Notes under the pieces: generated by a model
Told to the model about the DNA's origin: nothing
What the model saw: the letters and a program-made list of their open reading frames with translations, nothing else
The model's database searches: none
Origin: Camelus dromedarius
Taxonomy: Eukaryota
Assembly (NCBI RefSeq): GCF_036321535.1
Contig: NC_087454.1
Span: forward strand, 36,332,001 to 36,396,000
DNA: 64,000 bases
Reading direction: 5' to 3'
Made by a program: the position numbers and the translations under genes
Shown here: positions 37,571-49,463 of the stretch, piece after piece
How the letters are laid out: each line of letters begins with the position of its first letter
Position numbering within the stretch: position 1 is the first letter of the stretch

Positions 37571-37692
37571 GCAGGGGAGGGGAGATAATTAGGTTTATTT
37601 ATTCATTTAAATGGAGGTATTGGGGATTGAACTCAGGACCTCACGTCTGCTAAGCACACACTCAACCACGCCTAAGCTACACCCTCCTCCTC
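37571..37692 (-). mobile_element. vic-1-type tRNA-Ala SINE with 10-bp TSD
   Basis: gataattaggtttatttattcatttaaatggaggtattggggattgaactcaggacc. TSD cttttttatt at 37561-37570 and 37693-37702. Confidence 0.9.
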
Positions 37693-37699
37693 CTTTTTT

Positions 37700-39450
37700 A
37701 TTTTTCTTTTCTTAATTGTCCATTAGTCAGAGGTTTGCTAAAGCCTCTCACTGAAAAGAAGTGCTTTTAATTTCTCCTTGTAATTCTATCAAATTTGACT
37801 TTATACAGTTCGAAAACATAGAATACCATGTCTTACTTATATGCTTAGAAATGACAATACTGATTAAAATTTTATTTACATGTTTTTAGCTTCATTTCCC
37901 TAGTAATGGCTTAATGTGATCAACCCAGTTTTGCTGGGGTGGGTATTGCCTGAGATATATTTGTCTTCATTTTACTTTCAACCTTCCTGTGTTTTTAAGT
38001 CTTAGGTCTGCTGCTCCTGAATAGGATGTAGCTCGTTGCTGAAGTTATTTTAAATCCAGTCTGGTAATAGTGATCTTCTCAGTCCCTTTACAATAATATT
38101 ATACAACTATGTTGGCTTTAGTTCTATCGTATTATTATATGCAATACTTCCCTTTTGCTACATTCCTTTTTTATCCTTTTCTCCTTTTTTTATCCTGTTG
38201 AACTGATTGCATTGCACCACATTGCGATTATTCCCTCTCCTGGTTTAGAACAGAGGTCAGCAAACTACAGCCTGTGGCCCAAATCCCACCCACAACCTGT
38301 TTTTTAAATAAAGTTTTATTGGAACAGACATCGTAGTGTACATGCGATTGACGTCTGCCTACAGCAGCAGAGGTCCGGAGTTGCAACTGAGACAAAAAAA
38401 CCTAACATATTTACTATCACATTTTTACAGAACAAGTTTGCCAACCCTGGTTCAAAACATACATAACATTTTGTCTTCTAGTTTAATCATCATCATCAAG
38501 AGAAGTACAAAACCTGTATTTCCACCCATCCACCTTCCGTACATCCTATACTTGTACTGTGTTTTACTATAGTTACCCCCATTTAATGCTATTTAACTCT
38601 CCTGCTGTTTTAAACCACAATTATTAGACATGTTTATTTTCATCTCCCCCCATGTTTGCCATGTATTTGCTCATCATATTTGTACGCATTTCCTTTTGGG
38701 GGTAATGCTTGTTCTTCCTGAGGTAAAACCTTTAGCAGCGGTTTTGCCATTGATGGTAAATTCTCTCTCGTTTTTATTGGCCTGAGAATGTTTTTATTTT
38801 GCCCTAATGTTTAAAATAGTCTTGCTGGATACAGAATTCCAAATGGCAGCTGTCAGAGACAGTGATTACCGGTTCATTGTCTTCCAAGTTGGAGAGGCCA
38901 GCTTCGATCAAGAGGTCAGCTGTTTGCCCCCAGATTATCCCCAGTTCTCTGGAATATTGATTAAATGGAAGTTAGAACTCCCTTTCCTTTAAGTCCTTTC
39001 AGAATTTCCATCACTTTATCTGTCTCAATGCTTCCTTCTGGGTAAGTCCTTCAGATCTGCCTTTCAGTTCACTATATTTCTCATGAGACATATCTAAGCC
39101 ACTGGTTAACACACCCCATAAAATGTAAATTAAGTATTATAATTTCCCTTCCCAGAAATTCTGTTGGTTCATTTAAAATGCTTTGTGTTCAAGTTTTTAC
39201 TCTGTCTTCTTTAAAACAATACATATTTCTAAGTATGTGTGAATGTGTTTTATTTGAATAAATATACGTTTTTGTAAGTGTAGGTATATAGGTGGGTTTT
39301 AATGATGAAAATATAAAGGCACATGATCTGGTATCTTACTGGCCTTGTAGAAAATTATTGGCCAGGGAGAAAATTATTTTCCTAGTCTGGGCTTTTTCTA
39401 TAAGTACCTTCAGGAAAATAACCACAGTCTAGTTTTGTTTGTTTGCTTTC
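37700..39450 (-). mobile_element. Ancient L1M fragments (ORF1 to ORF2 endonuclease region), interrupted by MER58A
   Basis: ttttactttcaaccttcctgtg...ttttaaatccagtctgg and gtcttgctggatacagaattc are typical reverse-strand old L1. Confidence 0.65.
38251..38449 (+). mobile_element. MER58A (hAT-Charlie)
   Basis: TIRs cagaggtcagcaaac and gtttgccaaccctg; degenerate 8-bp TSD gtttagaa/gttcaaaa. Confidence 0.92.
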
Positions 39451-40904
39451 TTAAGTTGGTTCTATTGTATTTCATCACGTAGTAGAAGCCACAATGGTCT
39501 GGGGAAGAAAAACACTGGCCACCCCCACCCTGAGCCATCAGCTTAGGTCCTGTTTGCAGACTGCCCAGTCTGGAGGCTGTTTTTGCAGTGGGCCCTCTCC
39601 CATCTTCCTATGCACGAGCCACAGAATTTAAGGCTAAAATGTATCTACCCATCCTCTCCCCACTGCCTGGAGGCCAGCTGCTTCTGCAAAGCTGAAGCTT
39701 GAAGCTTTTTAAGCGAAAGCTAAGATGCAAAGGTTAAGGTGCACGTTTTTAAATTTCTGAAATTTCTTTGTAGCTTTTAAAGGCTGCATCTCGTGCCAGT
39801 TCTTCTGTGTCTGCAACACCTGTCTTTTCAAACAGCCTTTAACAAATGTCACAACAGACGTTGAAGCAATTTTTGCAGAAACTGCTTTTTTTAATTGCTA
39901 ACTTTGGATGTAGTGTCACTTTTCTGCCTAAATAAGAATAAATACTAGAATTGATTGCTACTTTTCCTGCTTTTTCCTAGGTTATGATCTTAACCAAACT
40001 TGATAAAATATAAATGTACAGACGTATATACCTAGCAATATACATGTATGCTTTATCAGCAAAGGCTTCTTCATTTCTAATTTTAAGAAGGTCCAGGCCA
40101 AGAAAAAAAAAAAAAAAACCCACAGTAAAGCAGGTAATCTGAGAGGGAGATTGGATGCTCCATGGAGCAGTTGACTGAATGGTTACGAGACAGTGACTTG
40201 TGTTCAGGAATGAGGATTTCTCCTGCCTTGAATTGAGCTGCAGTATAAGCTAATTATTCATTGTAAATGTCTCGCGAGCTGAAATCCGCCAGACTGCCTA
40301 GTAGCCAGCAGACTCTGGCTCAGACTCAGTGATGGTGATTACAGGGATGATAAAATGACAGTTCTCTACTTGAGAAAAGAAAATAACAGTTTGGGATTTT
40401 CTTTCTTGCATTTCCTCATTTCTTTATTTCAATGTAGATGATTTATTTTTGCCTCCATTTTAAGCAACGTGAGCATTTGTCATTTACGTCCTTCTATTTT
40501 CAAAAAGGATTAGGACCATTTTACAAAGCAAAGTACGTGTAAAGCAGAAAAATTCAAAACACGCAAACAAAAATGTCAATACACAAGTAGCTGAAAAGAG
40601 CTGAGTCATTTGGATCCTGTTAAAATAGGCCAGGTTATTCTGATTTCAGGTAACAGTTTGAGATTATCGAAGGAATACTAAGAAGTGACTATGATAGTTA
40701 TTTGAGAATAATGTAGCTGAGCATATGTGCATGTGTGTATGCAGAGATACATCATCTGAGAAAATACTGATGCAGAATATCTTCCTTCTTAAATGAAAGA
40801 GAACAAGTAATTTCCATTCCCAATTATTTTTTTGCTCTTTAAAAACTGCCCTTTCTTTGAACAGATGAAGAAAATCTGTAATTCATAGGCAGTTGCTTTG
40901 TTCA

Positions 40905-40910
40905 TTTAAT
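40905..40910 (-). terminator. BMP5: Distal poly(A) signal ATTAAA of BMP5
   Basis: tttaat on the plus strand, at the distance expected for the long 3' UTR. Inferred, with no transcript evidence. Confidence 0.5.
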
Positions 40911-42668
40911 AGCGAGTTATTTATCCACAGCACAGAAACTAGTTTTGGCAATTACAGACATGTAATCCACACACATTTGACATCTGCCATTCTTGCAGTC
41001 TCAGTTTATGATGATGTACTTACATTTTGTATCCCGCTTACAAAAAAAAGAGCCAAACCAAAAAGCATAGTAGAAACTAACATCACAAGTTTAATATAGA
41101 AATATATTTAAACAGCACATTTAGAGAATAATATAATAGACTTTCGTTTCTTATTCTTATAACGGTATACCATCAGTTCAAAAATATATTACTTAATGTA
41201 CTCCATTATAGTTACTATCAAATTCACTTTAAGATAAACTGTATTTTCAAACAGCATTGCAATATTCCTGGATTACAAGCGAACCCATAACATTTTGAAG
41301 CTATTTCTGAGACAAGTTTTATTTGCAAAGTCCAAAAGGGTGATTAATAAACGGTACTTTATGATTACTTCAGATGAACTGTAATAAGGCTAACTGTGAA
41401 GCCAACAGAAATAGCAAGTTATCCACAAAATGTCATTCTTCCCAAAGTCAGTGGGTTAAAGAAAAACCTTAAAAGGCAGAGAGAGTGACAGAGAAAATAA
41501 ATTAATTTCAGAGGCTAGAACACACAGGCACATACACACAACAGAACCTTCCCATTTGGAATTATTTGTGCTTGGAGGAAGGGTTACAGAATCCCCTTCC
41601 AAAATAGGGTTTTCAATGAGCTCATTCTCAAAGATATGAAAAATGGATTTCAGCTGTTCTTTTCAAAATGGCAATTCTGTCAAAGCCATTCTGGGATTTG
41701 GGGTAATTTCCTCCAGTTCAGTTTCAGTGCTTTTACCCTAAATAAAACCCCCAGCATCATATCAATCAGCAAGCTCGGTTACAAAAGAGAGCTACGGAAA
41801 ACGGCTCTGGCTGCCTCCTTGCTCGGCTGTGTTTTATGCACGCAGCGTCTCATCGGGGGGAGGGGAGGTGGAACATGTGTAAATATTTCTTTACTTTGGA
41901 CTGTTTTGAAGTCTGGAAAAAAAAAAATCCGCAGCAGCAGTGTTCTAGACAATAGGCAGACATGACTGATTTGAGGTAAGAAGGTTGTACTACGCTTTTT
42001 GAGCGTGAACTTGGAAAGTGATGGCCCCAGGCTCAAGTCTGTCTCGGCGGGATTCCTGAAGCTTTGAGCTCTTTGCAGAATCTACACTCCTCAAGCCAAG
42101 AAGGAACGTGCAGCCACACCGATTCTGTTACAGCGAACAGTTAGAACAATTGCGTGCAATCGTTCAGCAACGGTGGTCTGCCTCCCGTGTATCTGTTCGC
42201 ATCCAGTTCAACATTTCCCTTTATCTAATGAAGCAGAAACTCACAAAGAAAAAACTGTGTTCATCCAAGCATTTTTGTTTGGGTTTTTTTTTTTTTTTTG
42301 GTTTTATTTCTAAATCAATACTCTATCATAGTTTTCATTGGCAGAGCATAACCAAATGCGTTCCATTTCCTTCAACAATACTTAACAGTTAAAGGAGTTC
42401 TGTCTAATTTCAGAAAATTATATAAAAGTCATATTTTAAAATGTTGAAATGGAATTGGCCTCAGCCTAGCCCATTGAAAGTTAGACTGGGCCATCTACTG
42501 CATGAAGCAGTGACCTATCAAATAGATTTTTCTTGAAAAGGCATCCACAAAGGAGAATATAGACCTTTAAATAAATAAAAAATAATACATGATATTGTAC
42601 ATAGGTTAGAGAAATGAAATGAACCAGACTAATTTCATGAAAGTCCCCTTTTATCTGAAAAGATACTT

Positions 42669-42674
42669 TTTATT
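42669..42674 (-). terminator. BMP5: Proximal poly(A) signal AATAAA of BMP5
   Basis: tttatt on the plus strand, about 53 nt after the stop codon. Confidence 0.55.
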
Positions 42675-42727
42675 GTAGTCATAAACCTTAATACAGATCT
42701 TTGTCTCATTACCATTATCCTCTCAGG

Positions 42728-42877
42728 TTAGTGGCAGCCACACGAACGCACTACCATATTTCTGTATTTTTTCAAAATGACATTGGAGCTGTCATCAAAG
42801 TACAGCACAGAGATGGCGTTTAATTTGGTCGGAGCACAACAAGGCTTTGGTACGTGGTCAGGAAACATCAGGTGAAC
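42728..42877 (-). CDS. BMP5: BMP5 exon 7 coding part (150 nt including TAA)
   Basis: Translates [49 protein letters not shown], completing the TGF-beta-family cystine knot. Acceptor ttctttctgcccccAG at 42878-42879; CTTAAC branch-like motif at about 42905-42910. Confidence 0.98.
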
Positions 42878-44859
42878 CTGGGGGCAGAAAGAACATTTTG
42901 TTTTGTTAAGAAATCAGGTAGACATTCTGTCTGCAGTTTTCAAGCAGATTCTTGTTTTATCACTCACGGTCCAGCACCCCCTTAAGCTGCATACATCCCT
43001 TCTCTTATTTATGGTGGGGTGGGGTGTATTCTTAAGCATTAACTCCTAGAGTTGACCCACCAGTTCTAATGACGTGTTGGGGCTTTGAAAAATATTCTGC
43101 CAAGGAAGGAAAATTCTCTCTATGGAATATTTAGTGGGAATTTTCCTGGGGGAGAGAACATGGCAACTGGTAGTGGGTTCCTTTCGGTTAAAATGACCGC
43201 TTCTGTTTACTTCATGAGAAATCCTGAAGTTACACATGCAATCAATGAAGCCACACGATTGGGCTGTAAGAAGATTTGGATCTAAGAATTATTTGTTAAA
43301 AGGATACTTAGACAATAAATCATAAAAAGTATGCCAACTCTTCACTTCCCTTGGTAAAGGAAGCATAAAAAGCACAGCAAAAGAGACGCTGGTAAAACCC
43401 AGTGCTTGTTTCAAAGCCACTATTTCAACTCTTCTCCCTGTAATTTTTTTAACCAAATTGGCCAGAGTTTAGCATCCTTTGACTTTCTCTCTCCCCTAGA
43501 CAAGTGCCAAAAAGCTGGCTAAGCTAAATCAGATGCAGGGAGCCTAGATATTTCACAAAGTGAAGATTCATCTTCCCCCAAAGCCTAAAAAAGTACAAGG
43601 AAAGTGAAATGCTTAAGTAAAGGGTTTGTTCTCGGGCAGTTCAGTCGTCAGTAACCGAGCAAGGCGCCAGGACGGGGTCCCCCCTTCCCCTCCCCGCTAC
43701 CCTGGCCAGCCCTCGGAGGAGTTTATGGGAAGTCCCACTGCGGAGTCCCAGGGGACCTACAAAGAGAAAATACAGCTCTGAGAGTCTTGGCTGCACCTCA
43801 TCCTGGAGGCTGAGATGATATAGGAGCCCTGCCTGTGGACAGAAACAGCAGGAAAAATGAGGTGAACGGACATGGGCTTGAAATTTCCTAAGACCTCGCG
43901 AAACTGGAAGTTGGATGGTTTCTCTGAATTTCAGAGGCAAGAGCACCCCTCGTCAGCTTTCTCCCGTCTCCCCCACATCCGTGATGGATAACCCCCCGCT
44001 TCCACCACCTCGGCCCCCTCTCCAAGCCACAGCTCCAAAAAAAAAAAAAAAGAAAAAAGAAGAGCATTCATGTGTTGTTTCTCAAAGATGTTAGTCACAA
44101 ACATGCGTTCTCTTAACAACAAACACGCCTGTCTTCTTGTTTCATGGCCCTCACAGAACAGGCGTAGAGAGTGTACAATGCCAGGAAAAAAAAAAAAAAA
44201 AACAACAAACCAGCCAACCTTCCCATGTACGTCTCAAGGTCCGCCGTGACTTACACCCTGCCTCCCAGGACAGTGATGCAGCCGCCGTCCCGTCCAAGTC
44301 TGCGTCAGAGTTTTAAAAAATGTTTGTTTTCAGACACTGCCTTGTAGACTACAGTCCTAAAAGCTGGCAATAGGCAGTTATATATTTATAAGAAAAAAAG
44401 AAAAAGAAAAAAAAAAAGAAGAAGAGAATATTTGACAAAGAGCTTTTTCAATAATTAAGCATTGCATAGCCTGAGGAACTTGGATGTGTTAGATACGGAT
44501 CTAAGAAGCCCAAAAAAGCTCTCGGAGTCACTGAAATGACAGATTTCTCTACGGGCTACAAGGGGCTGTTCCTCTGTGACCCAACAGGGCACATCACTCT
44601 CCGTGACTGGCTCTCAGGGGATGTGAACTCTCATGCAGACGAACAGAAGGCTGGGCTCCATGCACCTTCTTTTTACTGGAGGAAGTCTGAATGCACCGTA
44701 CCCTTCCCTGCACCACACACCTGCTCCCCGCCCTCCCCGGAAATGATATCCTGTATCAAGAATTGTTTATCCTTACAGCTAGCAACGATGAAGGCATATC
44801 CGAACTTAAAACTTCCCCTCTTCCCGGAACTGACTCTATACTTTGTACATGGCTACCTC

Positions 44860-45175
44860 GGTCAAAAGAAAACAGGTTCATAGTCATACAGAGCAACCTT
44901 ATGGCTACCAGGGGGAAAGAGGGTGGAAAGGGAGACATGGGGAGTTTGAGATTCACAGATACTAACTACTATATATAAAATAAACAAGTTTCTACTGTAC
45001 AGCCCAGGCAACTCTTCAATATTGTGTAGTAACCTATAATGAAAAAGAATATGAAAACAAATCTATGTATGTATGTGCGTGCCTGTGACATGATGCAGTG
45101 CACCAGAAACCGACACAACATTGTAAACTGACTATACTCAATTAAAAAGTTCCAGCAAAAAAAAAAAAATCAATA
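44860..45175 (+). mobile_element. Camelid-type L1 3' end in BMP5 intron 6 (antisense to BMP5)
   Basis: cttatggctaccagggggaaag...gacacaacattgtaaactgactatactcaattaaaaa. Possible TSD acatggctacct/acatgactacct at 44847-44858 and 45190-45201. Confidence 0.88.
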
Positions 45176-46536
45176 AAAAGAATATTTACACATGACTACC
45201 TTTCAAAATACTCATTTGTTTTCTCCCTCTGTTTCGTGTTTACTCCCGAGTTACCTCCCAAGTTTCCGACAATGCCTACACACGAGTGGTCACAGGCGTG
45301 CATCTTTGGGGTCTAGCTTCCCTGCAGAAACTCTGAGGGCAGCAAGATGCCGGCAAAACATCATGTCAAGGATGGAGGCTGCCAATGTACACACACCATT
45401 CCCCATTCAGAAGGAAACTGGGGTGCTCTTTCCGTCAACTTTAAAGTTTAAATTAATTGTGGGGAAAAAGTAACCTTCTGAAGAAGTCATCTGCTCACAG
45501 ACTCGAATAGTTACTCTTTTTGTTGGTCATAAACATGACTCCCCCCACAAAGATAGACTTTTTTCTAGTACCTACGGCTTTCCGACTGCTGTCCACCGAA
45601 CAGCTCCACTCCCTTCATTGTCTTGAATCTAAAGAGAGATTCAAGGGAAACTGTCCTCTGTAATTTCTCCCAAGAGGTCATGACGTAAGTAAGATACTCA
45701 TAGTCGGTATTAATTAATGTGTCCCCTTCCTTCTGTCCTAATTATGTAGAGTTAAAATGTTCGTGTTAACCCAAACTTTAACTTGGAATTGTATCACCTG
45801 GCCTGTTTAGTCTCTATGCTGGGTAGAGACTAAATTCTGCACATTTCACATCATCTCTTTCTTCGATGAGCCTCCCCCTTAGTCTTCCAGAGGCTGTCCC
45901 CCGTCAACGTCAACAAGTTGCACACCTGGGCAGGTACATCAGACTCTCAAGAGATTTCAAGAGCTCATGAGATACAGTCCAGCCATTTAGAGACCAGGAA
46001 ATCCCCATCTTGCTGTCTTTTTCAGAAAAATAAGCCTAAATTATTAGAGATTAAATCACTGCTGTATTCCTGAGTGTGGAAGGGAAAAAAATAATAAAGA
46101 TTAATTTTTCCCTTAAAGACTATTTTTAAAAAGGCATCAAGAAATAGACATCAGCCTTCTGCTTATGTTCTACATGGAAGAATTTCCGTAATACCAACGT
46201 ATGTAACAGAACATTCTTGAATAATTAGAGTAAAAGCCCTCAGAGGCAATTCAGCAGAGCTCTTGTTCCGTGTTTTTGCCGTGATTACTAAGGTACTGCT
46301 GGGCCAGAAACAGCCCTTGTGCATCGTGAAGACCTCAGTGCAGAACGACCGCTTTATGTGGTTACTCCCAACTTCCCAGCTGAATCCTTCCCCATTCTGG
46401 AATCAGGGTTACCCGCCTGAATTTCCCGACTACATCCACAATTTGCTACTTTGGCCCTAAAAAAGTGCCAAGGGAGCGTGGGAAGATTTAATGCATTTTT
46501 AACTATAAATGGGTGTTTGCCTTTAAAATAACTTCA

Positions 46537-46698
<162 letters not shown>

Positions 46699-47952
46699 CT
46701 AAAATACACCCACCCAAAAGAAGAAATAATATCACCAAAGTGAAAAGGCAGAAAAGCAGTTCTTACAGAAAACTCTAAGGCATTTCAGCTGGATTGGTTT
46801 CTCATTTTGGTCCAACAATTATTCTAATAGGACAGCCTCCCCCAGTCCCTTAATTTATTGTTCAGTTAAAGTTTACAACAAAAGTATAAATATTTTGAAG
46901 AGGAACTGTCCTCTGTAATTTCTCCTAGAGGTCACGATGTAAGATATGCATTGCCTGTATTAACCCATGTATTCATGAATGAAAACATAATCGTGAAATA
47001 GCATTCTAAATATCATTTAAACAGGAAATGATGAACTCTGGAGAGTTCAAGTGAACCAGAAAGGAAAATAAGAATGAACTTAATTGCGATAATTTCCATT
47101 ACTTCTTAAGAATGCGTCCCTGCTTTCGGAAGCTTGACAACCTCCTAAAGCTTCAGTATGTGTCCCTCGTTCTGTTTTTCCTTCCACGCGTGCGTTAACT
47201 TTATAGTCTCTTTAGAAGGAATGAATTAGAGCAAATTCCTGAGTACTGTACATGAAAAATTTGGGGAAGCTAAAAAGTTGGTGCATGCAACGGTTGCCCT
47301 GATATTTTTTTTCCCAGGCTTGCAAAACTTGGCACAAACATAAAATTATTGAACAGTTTGTGTTGAAGGTTTATCACAAATTTGAAAATGCTTACATTTT
47401 AATATTACTTCTCAATACAACAGGTCATATTCTGAGGATCCATTGTAATGGAGCAATCCAAACAATTCAATGCAAACTATTGCTACGTAGAGCCATTAAA
47501 CACTTATTTTGGTTAAATCCTCCTCCTCACCCTGTTTGTGAAGCATATGTAAAAGACAGCAATCAGATTTTTAGGTACAAGAAACAAATTTTTATTCTGT
47601 AGATCTACCTTATGACCAGAGGAGGCAAATGGAATCACTCACGTTAATCTGAAAACCTGGCATTAAGACTAAAATTTGGGATATTTACACAACAGCACTT
47701 TTTTTCACTTTCTGAAGATCACAGGGTTGTATTTATTCTACAGCATAATTACTTTTTACCATAAGCCCTAATAATTATGTTTCAGTGGTGAGAGGATAAT
47801 GAAGAAATAAAAATGACGTGGATAATCCACACACTGAATAGTCATATCAAAAATAATTGGTTACTGTATCGGAAAAATTACTGACAAAGATTATGTGTCA
47901 CTCAGGATTCATAATAAAGCAGAAAAGCAGGGACCAATCTGGCAATTCTTAC

Positions 47953-48029
47953 CTGCCATCCCAGATCCCGGAAACTCACATAGAGTTCATGCTTCTTACA
48001 GGCTTGTTTCTGTTCACTTGTGTTATAAT
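47953..48029 (-). CDS. BMP5: BMP5 exon 5 (77 nt, phase 1/0)
   Basis: Translates (D)[25 protein letters not shown]. Acceptor AG at 48030-48031, donor GTAAGA from 47952. In frame with exons 4 and 6. Missed by the ORF track because it is short. Confidence 0.98.
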
Positions 48030-48139
48030 CTGAAGATGAAAATCAGATTTTAAAGGAAATGTCAGCTTAGCAGGTATCCTAGTATTTCTTTTGTGACATC
48101 CCTGACAAAAGAAAAAGGAGGCTGTGTTTGATGTTGTAA

Positions 48140-48270
48140 AACCTGAGTTCGAATCTCAAAGCGAAAGCCACTCGCTTAACCAGGTGAACTTCAGCAAGTC
48201 ACGTGTCCTGAGTTTCTTCTTCGGTAAAATGCAGACAAGACCATTTACCTTGCAAGGTTCTAATGAGGAT
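48140..48270 (+). mobile_element. MIR SINE just upstream of the exon 5 acceptor
   Basis: cctgagttcgaatctc...gcaagtcac...gagtttcttcttcggtaaaatg. Confidence 0.7.
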
Positions 48271-48509
48271 GGGGCTGGATCCTCTCTGTTGTGACGGTGC
48301 TGCAGCCTGCTGCCTGCCCCTCAATAAACCCTCATTCAGTAATTCACTCAAACTACAGTGGCTTTTCATATATCCATGTATATTAAATATTCACACAATA
48401 GGTTTTAAATTCTCCCATGAGGCAAATACCCAGAAAGGACCAACTGGGATGTTATGGGGTTGATTTTATTTTAATAAATATCTTAAACTCTGGATGCCCA
48501 GAGTAGGGA

Positions 48510-49463
48510 GTCTGATTGCCCCCCTCCCAGACCCCCACAAATTTGTTCCTCCTGTAGATGACTGATAGTCTTTCCCTGGCCAAGCAAACAAACCAAAAAT
48601 TGGAATCAAATCATACTCCTTCTCTCACTTCCACATTCAATCTGTCAGGAAATCCTTACCCATTTTATCTTCATTAAATACCTCCAAAACTCACCGACCC
48701 TCAGCACCTCCATGACTGGTTCTGGTCCAAGTCATCATCATCCCGCAACTGAATCACGGCCGCAGCCTCACCGCTATCTTCCCGCTCTGCCCTGGCCCCT
48801 CTGCATCAAAGCAGCCGAGGGGACCTTGACCGAGTCGACTGAATCCTGTCCCTCTCTGGCCAAACGTCCCACTGAGGTTCCCAGTATCGCTAAGGCTCAC
48901 CAGGCTCCCTGTGCTTTGGCCCCATCACCCCTCTGACCTGTTTCCTCTCCGTCTCTCCACTATGTCGGTGCCAACTCCTTGCTGTTTGGCACCCAGGTCA
49001 TCTCTCCCACCTCAGGGTCTTCACTGTCAACCCCTACCTACCGTCCCCCACCAACTCTACTTCACTAACACCTATAGCTTCTTCCACTTTTCTCTCAAGC
49101 GTCATCTTGACAGCGACGCCTCACTGACTGCCCCGTTTCAGATCGCAGTGCCCACTCTGATACTTCTGATCGCCCTCCCCTCGTTTGGTTTTTTGTTGTT
49201 TTTTTTTTTTTCCATTTTGCTTATCATCCTTCAATAGGCATTGACGTTGACTCCTTTATCATGTACATTGTTTCTTGCCTGTTTCCTCGCTCTAGAACGT
49301 CAGCTCCGCAAGAGTCAAAATCTTTCTGGATCCCTGTTGGTTCCCCACAAGAGTGAAAATCTGGCTGGGTTCCTGTCGGTTCTCTGGTCTATCCCAAGTG
49401 GCAGGGACAGTGCCTGGCACATAGCAGGTACCCAATAAATATCTGAGCAATTGAGGAATGAAT
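48510..49463 (+). mobile_element. L2a 3' portion
   Basis: Colinear L2a sequence ending cagtgcctggcacatagcaggtacccaataaatatc...gaatgaat. Confidence 0.85.

Larger units (their letters stand above)
40885..42727 (-). other. BMP5: BMP5 3' UTR (about 1.85 kb; distal end inferred)
   Basis: Repeat-free sequence after the stop codon containing several poly(A) signals. The distal end is placed about 20 nt past the ATTAAA at 40905-40910, consistent with my recollection of an approximately 1.9-kb human 3' UTR. Confidence 0.65.

Noticed and set aside
1-40800. Exons of a neighbouring gene such as HMGCLL1, processed pseudogenes, or internal ERV genes
   Set aside because: No ORF in the track or splice-bounded segment resembles a known protein other than transposon remnants. 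From recall, the human neighbour lies well over 100 kb away.
44033-44062. Long polypyrimidine tract in intron 6 as a cryptic acceptor
   Set aside because: The first downstream AGs are in GAG context, which is rarely used, and no strong donor follows.
45170-45190. aaaaagaat after the intron 6 L1 tail as the missing right TSD of the L1 at 34056
   Set aside because: Only 9 low-complexity bases match, and BMP5 exon 7 and the 3' UTR lie between the two pieces.
5631-46484. Four perfect RBPJ sites CGTGGGAA (5631, 33806, 34726 reverse, 46477)
   Set aside because: Dispersed, none paired head-to-head, and two lie in or next to repeats. The count is only slightly above chance for an 8-mer.
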